NCBI GenBank assembly: GCA_036280335.1
Contig: DASUQZ010000086.1
Location: 1-32,360 of the forward strand
DNA from: Solirubrobacterales bacterium
Lineage (GTDB): Bacteria; Actinomycetota; Thermoleophilia; Solirubrobacterales; 70-9
Length of the DNA stretch: 32,360 nt
Reading direction: 5' to 3'
Shown: positions 6,264 to 13,854 of the stretch, piece after piece
Layout: each line of letters opens with the position of its first letter
Position numbering within the stretch: position 1 is the first letter of the stretch
Program-made: the position numbers and the translations under genes
Notes under the pieces: generated by a model
Told to the model about the DNA's origin: nothing
What the model saw: the letters and a program-made list of their open reading frames with translations, nothing else
Databases searched by the model: none

Positions 6264-8452
6264 GGCGTTTGGCGACGCTGCCGAAGGCGGCTCGGATCGG
6301 AGTGTTGGTCGGATGGGCGGTGCTGCTGCTGGCGGCGGCGCCGCTGGCCTCGCAGCAGGTAAACCACCTGACCAGCGGCGGGTTCGAGGTGACCGACAGC
6401 GAATCCGACCAGGCGGCGCGCGTCCTGCGAGAGGAGTTCCCCGGCCAGAGCGTCGAGGAAATGGCGCTGTATTTGGAGTGGCCGCGGAACAAGGACGAAA
6501 CGAGCAACGAGGAAGCGAGAAACGAGGCGATCGAGGAGTTCGACCGGGAGGTGGAGCTCGTGCCCGGTCTGGAGCGGGGACCGATCCTGCAGGAAAAGGC
6601 GCCGGGCGGCCGGCAGGTGGCACTGCGGCTTCTCGAAATCCGGACCAGCGTGCGCAATGCGATCGACCGCGCGGCGGACCTGCGTAAATTGCTGGACCAG
6701 GTCCGGCCGGAGGAAAGCCCGATCTCAACGGAGCTGGTAGGGCGGGCGGCTCTCGTCGCCGCCGTCCACGAAAAATCCGAGGAGGACGCCAAACGCGCCG
6801 AGATGATCGGGGCGCCGATCGTTCTCCTGATCCTGCTGGCCGTCTTCGGCTCCTTTGCCGCCGCCATCCTCCCGTTGCTGGTCGGGGCGGTGAGCGTCGT
6901 CGTCACCGGGGGGCTGATCTATCTGCTCTCGGGGGAGTTCGCGATGTCGGTCTTCGTCGTCAACGTCGCCTCGATGATTGGGATCGGCGTCGCAGTCGAC
7001 TACTCGCTGTTCATGCTGGCCCGATACCGGGAGGAGATCGCGGCCGGCCGCAGCGAAGAGCAGGCGCGGATACGGATGCAGGAGACTTCGGGAAGAGCGA
7101 TCGTGTTCGCCGGGGGCACGGTCGCGGTCTCGCTCTCCAGCATGTTCCTGATCGACAACGTGATCCTGCGGTCGATCGCCGCTGGGGCGATGCTGGTCGT
7201 GATCGTTGCCGTGCTCGTCTCGGTGACCGCGATGCCGGCACTGGTGGCGCTGCTCGGCCAGCGCCTCAACGCCCCGTCGCCGCTCTTCAGCTCGATCGGA
7301 TTACGACTGATGCGCTTGGGCCGCCGGCGCCCGGCCTCCACCTCCTTCTGGGAGCGCTGGACCAGCAGGGTGATGGCGCATCCGCTGCTCAACGCCATCG
7401 CCGTTTCGGCTGTTCTGCTCCTGCTTGCGTCACCCCTCCTGGCGTTGCGCCTGGAGGTGGACACGGTGCGGCAGCTCCCCGCGGAAGACCCGGCGCGACA
7501 GGCGGCGGAAACCAGCAAAAAGCTGGTCAAGATCGCCGCCGACTCACCGATCCTGGTCACCGCCAGATCGCGCTCCGCCGATCTGCGGGAGGCCGAGCAG
7601 CTGCGTGGCGAGCTAAAACGGATGCTCTCCGACGAAAAGGGGATCGCCTGGGCCGAACCTGCCCTCGCCGAGCCGGGCGCCGTGCTCGTCAAGGCGGCGC
7701 AGAAAGTTGACCCCGAGAGCGAGAAGGGCCAGGCGATGGTGGAGCGGGTTCGCCGGCGGATCGACATGCTCGCCGCTTCCTGGCCGCGGTGGGATATCGC
7801 GGTCGGCGGCACCGGGGCGACGATCATCGATGCCTCGGATCAGATCTCGGACAACCTCTGGAAGGTCATCCTTGCGGTGCTGATCTTCAGCTTCGTGATC
7901 CTGCTGGGCTTTCTGCGCTCCCTGGTCCTGCCGCTGAAGGCGATCCTGATGAACCTGCTGACGGTGGGCGCCGCCTCCGGGATGCTGGTGGCGGTATTCC
8001 AGTGGGGCTGGCTCGAATGGCTGGGGATCCAGCCTCTCGGCCACCTGGAGATCTACGTCCCGCCGCTGATCTTCGCCGTCGTCTACGGGATCTCGATGGA
8101 CTACGAGGTCTTCCTGATGACCCGGATCCGAGAGCGGTACGACCGCAGCGGCGACAACTGGTCGGCCGTCGTCGGCGGTGTCGCCGCCAGCGCCCGCACG
8201 ATCACGAGCGCGGCGCTGATCATGGTCGTCGTCTTCTCGATCTTCGTCGCCACCGGGGTTCCGATCATCCAGGAGATCGGCCTCGGCACCGCAATAGCGA
8301 TAGCCCTCGACGCGACGCTGGTGCGCCTCGTCCTGCTGCCGGCGACGATGGGGCTGCTCGGCAACCTCAATTGGTGGCTGCCGGGACCGATCGACCGCCT
8401 GCTCCGCCGCCCCTACTCCCCGGTAGCTGAGCCCAGACCCAAGGTTGATTAG
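6260..8452 (+). CDS. MMPL-family (RND-superfamily) membrane transporter
   Basis: The in-frame portion of ORF 6023..8452. TTG at 6260 overlaps the permease stop (TTGA), giving 'MRRLATLPKAARIGVLVGWAVLLLAA...'. There are two TM bundles, each with the MMPL D-Y motif ('VAVDYSLFMLARYREE' and 'GISMDYEVFLMTRIRERY'), separated by soluble domains. About 730 aa. Confidence 0.85.
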   Translation: MRRLATLPKAARIGVLVGWAVLLLAAAPLASQQVNHLTSGGFEVTDSESDQAARVLREEFPGQSVEEMALYLEWPRNKDETSNEEARNEAIEEFDREVELVPGLERGPILQEKAPGGRQVALRLLEIRTSVRNAIDRAADLRKLLDQVRPEESPISTELVGRAALVAAVHEKSEEDAKRAEMIGAPIVLLILLAVFGSFAAAILPLLVGAVSVVVTGGLIYLLSGEFAMSVFVVNVASMIGIGVAVDYSLFMLARYREEIAAGRSEEQARIRMQETSGRAIVFAGGTVAVSLSSMFLIDNVILRSIAAGAMLVVIVAVLVSVTAMPALVALLGQRLNAPSPLFSSIGLRLMRLGRRRPASTSFWERWTSRVMAHPLLNAIAVSAVLLLLASPLLALRLEVDTVRQLPAEDPARQAAETSKKLVKIAADSPILVTARSRSADLREAEQLRGELKRMLSDEKGIAWAEPALAEPGAVLVKAAQKVDPESEKGQAMVERVRRRIDMLAASWPRWDIAVGGTGATIIDASDQISDNLWKVILAVLIFSFVILLGFLRSLVLPLKAILMNLLTVGAASGMLVAVFQWGWLEWLGIQPLGHLEIYVPPLIFAVVYGISMDYEVFLMTRIRERYDRSGDNWSAVVGGVAASARTITSAALIMVVVFSIFVATGVPIIQEIGLGTAIAIALDATLVRLVLLPATMGLLGNLNWWLPGPIDRLLRRPYSPVAEPRPKVD

Positions 8453-8480
8453 ATCGGGGCAAGAGCGAGCCGGATCAGGC

Positions 8481-8735
8481 CTACTCGCGCAGCTCGTCGG
8501 CCAGGGTGGCGATCTTGCCCACCCGCGTCTCCAGGGCGTTCGCCAGCCGCAGCAGCGTCGTGTAGCTAGGGTTGCGGACGCCACGCTCGATGCCGCCGAC
8601 CTGGGTCAGGTCGGTGCCGGCCCGCTCGGCCAGCTGCTCCTGGCTGAGCCCGGCCTCGAGGCGGAGGCGGCGGACGGCCTCGCCGAGGGCGGCGTGCTCG
8701 GGAGAGCGGGGTTTGCTGCGGCGGCGCGGCGGCAC
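8481..8735 (-). CDS. XRE-family helix-turn-helix transcriptional regulator
   Basis: 84 aa with a GTG start. 'LRLEAGLSQEQLAERAGTDLTQVGGIERGVRNPSYTTLLRLANAL' is a canonical Cro/C1-type HTH. Confidence 0.8.
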   Translation of the reverse strand: MPPRRRSKPRSPEHAALGEAVRRLRLEAGLSQEQLAERAGTDLTQVGGIERGVRNPSYTTLLRLANALETRVGKIATLADELRE

Positions 8736-8780
8736 GTCCCCCGGGAGCCTCCCGGCTGAAGACGCTCAGTGTTAGAGCAT

Positions 8781-9386
8781 CTATCCCTTAAGGCAGTCGA
8801 CGACCCGGAAGGGGGCCCGGAGGCGGGATCGCAGTTCCTCAACCGCCGTCGCGGCATCGCGCTCCCTCGTGTCGGCGACCAGGAAGACCTCCGTCGCCGG
8901 ATATTCCTGCAGCTGGTCGGTGACCGTCTGGACGATGTCCTCGTCGCCGATCCTCGCGGTCGCGGCGACGCCGGCCCCCGCCAGCGAGGCGAGGGTGAGG
9001 ACGAGGCTGCGCTGGGCGCGGTCCCGGCCATGGCGGGTGTCGGAGGCCCAGCGGTCGAGGAAGCGGTTGTGGGTGGGCGCGACGACGCGGACCTCCGCCT
9101 CGGGGGCCGCCGCGGAGGCTGTGGCGATCGCTTCGATCCCGGCCGGGCTCTCGAGCGGCTCGTCGACCACCACCAGGAGGCGGTCGCGGACGTCGGGGGC
9201 CGCCGCCGGGACGATCGGCCGCAGCGGCGGGTGGCGGGCCGCCATCACCACGATCGCCGCCGCGTCGAGCGCCCCCACCGCCATTCCCAGCCCCGGCCCG
9301 CCGAGGTAGAAACCGCCGACGATCGAGATCGAGATCGCCGAGATGATCAGCGGAGGCTTCCATGCGGCCAGTCCCTGATCACCCAT
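8781..9386 (-). CDS. Membrane-anchored hypothetical protein with a USP-like (alpha/beta nucleotide-binding-like) C-terminal domain
   Basis: 201 aa. The N-terminus has two hydrophobic helices. The remainder ('RLLVVVDEP...VRVVAP...EVFLVADTRE') resembles a universal-stress-protein-like fold. This assignment is weak. Confidence 0.45.
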   Translation of the reverse strand: MGDQGLAAWKPPLIISAISISIVGGFYLGGPGLGMAVGALDAAAIVVMAARHPPLRPIVPAAAPDVRDRLLVVVDEPLESPAGIEAIATASAAAPEAEVRVVAPTHNRFLDRWASDTRHGRDRAQRSLVLTLASLAGAGVAATARIGDEDIVQTVTDQLQEYPATEVFLVADTRERDAATAVEELRSRLRAPFRVVDCLKG

Positions 9387-9542
9387 GCCCTGACCTTAGA
9401 TGCCCTCCGCCGGCAGTCAATCCCCCTCGCGTGGCCTGAGGCTCCTCACGCCCGCAGCCGAGCTCGTCCGAGAGCTGACATCGAAACACGCGGGTTCGCA
9501 AATGAGGCCCGGTCGAGACGCTCGGCCTGGGACAATCACCCC

Positions 9543-9905
9543 ATGGGTGGGGGGCAGATCCTGCAGATCGTCGAGCGCTCGATCGGGCCGGACCGGTGCG
9601 AGCTGCAGCTCGAGGGCGAGCTCGACCTCTGGAGCGTGGAGCGCCTCCAGGCGGCTCTGCAGCGGGTCGCGCAGAAGCACGACGCCGTGCTCGTCGGCCT
9701 CCAGGGCTGCGAGTTCGTCGACTCGACCGGGATCGCCCTCTTCCTGCAGGTGCGCCGGCAGCTGGAGGACAAAGGCGGCCGCCTCGTCCTCTACGGCTGC
9801 TCGGACCAGGTGCTGCGGATCTTCACCGTCGCCGGCCTGACCGACGCCGGCATCGTCTTCAGCAGCCGCGACGAGGCGCTCGCCGAGCTGGCGGTGGTGG
9901 ACTGA
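9543..9905 (+). CDS. STAS-domain anti-sigma-factor antagonist (SpoIIAA/RsbV-like)
   Basis: This is the last 120 aa of ORF 8769..9905, starting at ATG 9543. 'LEGELDLWSVERL...CEFVDSTGIALFLQ...LVLYGCSDQVLRIFTVAGL' matches the STAS pattern, including the DS(T/S)G phospho-site. Confidence 0.75.
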   Translation: MGGGQILQIVERSIGPDRCELQLEGELDLWSVERLQAALQRVAQKHDAVLVGLQGCEFVDSTGIALFLQVRRQLEDKGGRLVLYGCSDQVLRIFTVAGLTDAGIVFSSRDEALAELAVVD

Positions 9906-9906
9906 G

Positions 9907-10233
9907 CTAGGGACGCGCCCGCGCCGCGCCCAGCCGCGCGCACCACAGGGCGAACAGGGCGACGGCGAGCACCGCCCCCGCCCAGTGCACCCCGGCGGCG
10001 ACGGCGAGGAGGCTGGGCAGGCCGGCGAGCGCGGCGCCCAGCAGCGCCGGCCCCGGCGGCAGCCGCAGGACCCGGGCGGTGAGGGCGGCGCAGAGCATCC
10101 AGGCCGCCGGCCCGGTCAGCCATCCCCAGTCCTCGAAGAAGCTCTTCGGCAGCGCGACGGCGAGGGCGACCGAGAGGGCGGCGACGGCGGCCAGCTGCAG
10201 CAGCGCCGCCCGCCAGAGGGTGGAGACGTCCAT
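9907..10233 (-). CDS. Small hydrophobic membrane protein (hypothetical)
   Basis: 108 aa with 3-4 predicted TM helices. Convergent with the STAS gene. Confidence 0.4.
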   Translation of the reverse strand: MDVSTLWRAALLQLAAVAALSVALAVALPKSFFEDWGWLTGPAAWMLCAALTARVLRLPPGPALLGAALAGLPSLLAVAAGVHWAGAVLAVALFALWCARLGAARARP

Positions 10234-10329
10234 CGCCGCCGAGGCTATTGGACGACGATCCTGATGAGGACGCGCCCCCGGAAGCCATCCGGTGACCGAC
10301 TTGCGGGGCGAGCAATAATGAATGCCCCC

Positions 10330-10402
10330 GGGCGGTTAGCTCAGTTGGGAGAGCACTTCCCTTACAAGGAAGGGGTCACTGGTTCGAGCCCAGTACCGCC
10401 CA
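10330..10402 (+). tRNA. tRNA-Val (anticodon UAC)
   Basis: Folded by hand into a cloverleaf. Acceptor GGGCGGT/ACCGCCC, D arm GCTC-AGTTGGGA-GAGC, anticodon arm CTTCC-CTTACAA-GGAAG, variable region GGGTC, T arm ACTGG-TTCGAGC-CCAGT, discriminator A. CCA is not encoded. Confidence 0.93.
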
Positions 10403-10569
10403 TTCGCCAGATTCCCCGCTGCGGCGGGGTTCTGCTTTTCGGGACTCGAAGCGAGGTAACTCCTCCCCGGTCCTTCCGCCACCGGCTCGCACCCGGTGTA
10501 GCGCCGTCTCCATCGACTACCGTATCGAGTTCTCAAGGGGGTCCGGCCCGCTTGCCAAATTGCCCGGCC

Positions 10570-11094
10570 ATGAAGTCCGACGAACTGAAGGGGTTGCTGC
10601 GAGGACCGGAATCCGTTTCCTCACTTGCCGATACGTATTTACTGCATGCCCTAGAGGAGTTCCGCCACGCAGGCAGTGCCGAGGTGCTCTATCGGGAGTT
10701 GCCTCCCTGGTATTCGGAGAGTTCGATACTTGGGCCGATTCAGCAACGCGCCGACGCGGTGTTCAGTCGGCTACGGCATCTCCGAGCCACCGTGCTGTTT
10801 GCTGCTCTCGCCGCAGAGGGATACGCAAATGAGTTCCTCGCTTCCCATCTATCTGGGCGCAGCTTGGAAGCGGCCGATCGTCTCCCAACCACCGACAAGC
10901 TCGTAATAGGTCCAAAGCTCGCCGGCCTGGAGTCGCCGATCGCCTACGACCGAGAGCCAGGGCAGTCCCTCACCTCCTTGTTCAAGGCAGTAACGATCTG
11001 GTCCACCCTCCGGTCCGGAAGGGGACCTATCCCGACATATTCGAGGCAGAGGATCATCGTCCATACGAGCCGAGAAATACGGCTCGCTTCGTGA
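10570..11094 (+). CDS. Hypothetical protein; probably the N-terminal part of a frameshifted HEPN-like gene
   Basis: ATG at 10570, which is the real part of ORF 9985..11094; that ORF otherwise runs through the tRNA. The protein looks plausible up to '...GQSLTSLFKA', then becomes junk-like. 'ATVLFAALAAEGYANEFLASHL' is helix-rich, as in HEPN families. Confidence 0.5.
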   Translation: MKSDELKGLLRGPESVSSLADTYLLHALEEFRHAGSAEVLYRELPPWYSESSILGPIQQRADAVFSRLRHLRATVLFAALAAEGYANEFLASHLSGRSLEAADRLPTTDKLVIGPKLAGLESPIAYDREPGQSLTSLFKAVTIWSTLRSGRGPIPTYSRQRIIVHTSREIRLAS

Positions 11095-11342
11095 TCGAGG
11101 TCGCCCATGCACAGGTGCTGCTTTATCCCCTCAGGGGGGATGCAACGGTGAAGGGCACGGCAAGTCGAATCTGGGAAGAGAAGGCGGTGATCGAACGGCA
11201 TGCAACGGAGATCGGAACCGGGGTTCTGGATATCCCAGAGGCCGACTCCCCTCCGGTGAGAGATCTGATGGCCCAGATGATCGAGCACGCTCGTCACCGG
11301 AAGCGCAGGGAACGGCAACAAGACGTCCCGGAGGCTGATTGA
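11091..11342 (+). CDS. Hypothetical 83-aa ORF; probably the C-terminal part of the same frameshifted gene
   Basis: GTG at 11091 (GTGA overlap). This frame is open back to 10833 and reads '...NDLVHPPVRKGTYPDIFEAEDHRPYEPRNTARFVIEVAHAQ...' upstream of the annotated start. Confidence 0.35.
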   Translation: MIEVAHAQVLLYPLRGDATVKGTASRIWEEKAVIERHATEIGTGVLDIPEADSPPVRDLMAQMIEHARHRKRRERQQDVPEAD

Positions 11343-11505
11343 ATTTTTCCGCGTCGACGTGGGAGCCTCTATCTGCGGTCAGCCGGTCCCCCGGGTGGGG
11401 ATGTTCTTCAAGAGGAGACGAATCAGGTGCCGCCATAGAGAACCAGCGGACTGCGGCTCGCATCCTCGTTGCGCGGCTTCCGCCGTCGCTCGACCGGATT
11501 CCGCG

Positions 11506-11751
11506 TCATCTCGTAGGCAAGAGCGCCGCATCCTTGAGGACGGCGACGTGGTAGGCGATCATTGCCGGTTTAACGTCCTTCGCCTTGAGGTCGGGGAACT
11601 CAGTCAGTAGGTCGGCCGCCAGCACGTCACACTCCAATGGCCTGAGCGTGTTGCGTGTGAACAACTCCATGATCTTCAAGCGAACGGGATGTTCTGTTGC
11701 CTGTGTCTGGTCGGCTGTGATGCGGCTGCGATCGCCTTCAAAGAGCGGCAA
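11506..11751 (-). CDS. Small winged-helix (ArsR-like) DNA-binding protein
   Basis: 81 aa. The TTG start is preceded by AGGAGGA at 7-nt spacing. 'HPVRLKIMELF...AYHVAVLKDAALL' matches an ArsR/HTH_20-like pattern. Confidence 0.55.
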   Translation of the reverse strand: MPLFEGDRSRITADQTQATEHPVRLKIMELFTRNTLRPLECDVLAADLLTEFPDLKAKDVKPAMIAYHVAVLKDAALLPTR

Positions 11752-12067
11752 GGATGAGTCCTCCTGTGGTGACGGTGGCGACGGCCATCCCTCCCGAAGC
11801 CGTCGCCCCCGTCAGGTCCATCGCGGCCTCGGCTGGGCGCAGGGAGCCGCCGACGGCAACAAGGCGGCGATGGACCGCCTTGGGGTGGTTGGTCTATGGG
11901 AGGGGGTCGTCATGGAGTTGGCCTTCTTTGAAGGCGAGGGCGAGCCGCATCGTGGATGGTGGGGTGAGGTGGCCCGCCCTCGCTTCGGGAACAAGTGCCT
12001 TCCGCCAATGTGGCAAAGCGGTCGGTACACGTTGAGTGGCGCAAGCTAGGTCAGCTTGCAGTTCGCG

Positions 12068-12736
12068 TCAATCAGTTTGCGGAGGCGGGTCACAACTCCG
12101 TGACCGTGGGACGCGGATCTTCCGTGCTCGCTTAAACGCGGAGAGGCTGACGATCATCGAAGTCGTCTCCTCCTTCGACTCCGCGACGCGGTTCACCGAT
12201 TCGCACTGAATCTCCTTCAGTCGCTCCAGGTATCGGGCGGACTCCGCTTCGATGTCCTCCCGCGCCTGGCCGTCAACGTCATACAGATCCCAGGAGAGAA
12301 TGGTGCGAGGGCTGGCGAGGGTACCCTTGTTCAGAGCTGCCATGAGCTCGGCGGTCCCCGACTGAGCGACCACCCCGGCGATCAACTGCAACTCCATCTC
12401 GGTCAGCCTTTCGGCTTCCTCCTGCGTGTATTCCGGAACTTCTACGGCCCGGTACCAGTAGATCATCGTGCCTCGCCGTTCCTCTTTTTTGGCCACTTCG
12501 ATCGAGCCGTCCTCCAACATGCGTAGGAGGTGGTTGGAGACCTTCTTCAACTCGATCTCGGTCAACTCCGCGACCTCCGAGGCGGTGTAGCTCGCTTCGT
12601 TCAAGAGGATCAAGATTTCCAGTCGTATGTCATGGGAGAGTGCGTACTGGACAGCTTCCTCGATCCGCTTCCGCGTTTTCCTCCCGCGCTTGCGTTTGAG
12701 CTTGTCGCTATGACGCTCGACGGCTTCAGCGGCCAC
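12068..12736 (-). CDS. ArsR-like winged-helix protein with a K/R-rich N-terminus and a roughly 120-aa C-terminal extension
   Basis: 222 aa. The GTG start is preceded by TAAGGAGGAGG. 'SHDIRLEILILLNEASYTASEVAELTEIELKKVSNHLLRMLEDGSIEV' is an HTH_20-type wHTH. The C-terminal domain was not recognised. Confidence 0.6.
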   Translation of the reverse strand: MAAEAVERHSDKLKRKRGRKTRKRIEEAVQYALSHDIRLEILILLNEASYTASEVAELTEIELKKVSNHLLRMLEDGSIEVAKKEERRGTMIYWYRAVEVPEYTQEEAERLTEMELQLIAGVVAQSGTAELMAALNKGTLASPRTILSWDLYDVDGQAREDIEAESARYLERLKEIQCESVNRVAESKEETTSMIVSLSAFKRARKIRVPRSRSCDPPPQTD

Positions 12737-13104
12737 CCGACCCCTCCTCCTTACTAGAACGAACCCGGCTACTCAGCAGGATTCGGAGCATATGGCCTGG
12801 GTGACTGCCAGGAACGGCTGTGTACTCACAAAGCTGAGGTGGGTCAGAAACTAGAGGATGCTTTAGCTGTCTTTAGCATTCCCTCCTTCTCCTTCTAGCG
12901 ATCCGCGCTGGTGGGCCGACTGGGGAGAGGGGGTGAGGCTGATGACGATTCAGAAAGTGCCGTCTGCGCAGGCTGCGGCGATGATCTTCAAGGGCCACTG
13001 AGCGCCTTGAGGTGCGGGGGTCGCTCTCGACGCTAGGACCAGTCGGGGCGGTCCCCGCACCCGCTATTGGGGCAGCTTCGTTAGTGGTGCTCTGGCCGGC
13101 GGGC

Positions 13105-13677
13105 CTATTCCTCGTCTTCGCGCTCGGCGAGGATTTCGTCTGCGACTTCGCCCAGTGCAGCGAGCACGAGAATGAGGAAGCCGACCAAGGGCGGTACTGG
13201 TGATTCGGGGAGGTAGCTAAAGCCTTCGACCGCGATGCCGACCCGACGCAGGCACTTGATGATCGCTTCCCGATCCTGGGCGAGCCGTCCAGCCGTTTCC
13301 TCAGCCACATCAGGGTCTGCGGTGACTTCGGCGGCAAGCTGCTCCCTGTAGGCGGCGATCTGGTCCGCGAGGACCTCGGGCAACTTGAAATCGATAGTCA
13401 CCAGCGCCCTCTTGATGCCGGGGGCATCCAGCATCCGACGAAGTACAACGTTCTGCTCCCGCACCTGTTCCCGCATCTGCTCAAGCAGCGCCGGCCGGAT
13501 CCTCCGTTGAAAGTCGATCTGCTCCTGAAGCTGCTCACGTAGTTGGGCGCCAAGCACGCTGACCCGGGCGTCTTTCAGTGCCCTTTGAATGGTGGGCGTG
13601 GTCGCCGCTTCAGTCAGTCTGCGGCGCTGCGCATCGCTGACGATTCGAAGTGGCTTGACAAGCTGTTCGGCGGTCAC
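13105..13677 (-). CDS. Hypothetical coiled-coil protein with a C-terminal TM helix
   Basis: 190 aa, Q/E/R-rich ('LREQLQEQIDFQRRIRPALLEQMREQVREQ') with 'PPLVGFLILVLAALG' near the C-terminus. There is no obvious SD, so the start is uncertain. Confidence 0.4.
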   Translation of the reverse strand: MTAEQLVKPLRIVSDAQRRRLTEAATTPTIQRALKDARVSVLGAQLREQLQEQIDFQRRIRPALLEQMREQVREQNVVLRRMLDAPGIKRALVTIDFKLPEVLADQIAAYREQLAAEVTADPDVAEETAGRLAQDREAIIKCLRRVGIAVEGFSYLPESPVPPLVGFLILVLAALGEVADEILAEREDEE

Positions 13678-13854
13678 GAATCGCAGTCTGCCAGTGCTGG
13701 CGGCTGATCCGGCCAGCGCCCCATAACCGGCCCTCTCGCGGCGGAAGTTGTCACCCCTGGGGGACTTGAGTTCGCCTTTTGGTCAGCCGCTATTAAAGGG
13801 AAACGTTTCGAGCGTCGAAGAACGCAACGTACCCGATGAGCTGACGGCCCCCAG

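Noticed and set aside
8769-9542. N-terminal 258 aa of ORF 8769..9905
   Set aside because: It is antisense to the USP-like membrane protein gene and has low-complexity composition. The STAS domain starts at ATG 9543.
9985-10569. N-terminal part of ORF 9985..11094 running through tRNA-Val
   Set aside because: It crosses a well-folded tRNA gene and is antisense to the 9907..10233 membrane ORF. Only the part from ATG 10570 is plausible.
11585-12049. 154-aa plus-strand ORF, and an internal 45-codon ORF (MELAFFEGEGEPHRGWWGEV...) with a GGGAGGGGG SD-like sequence, in the gap between the two wHTH genes
   Set aside because: The composition is not convincingly protein-like and codon bias is only moderate. 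No motif is visible, and it cannot be supported without conservation data.
13805-13837. Possible attR remnant (GTTTCGAGC...GTACCCGAT) resembling the tRNA-Val 3' end (GGTTCGAGCCCAGTACCGCCCAT)
   Set aside because: The match comprises two short blocks separated by an unrelated 15-nt insert. That is too weak to call a direct repeat without statistics or comparative data.
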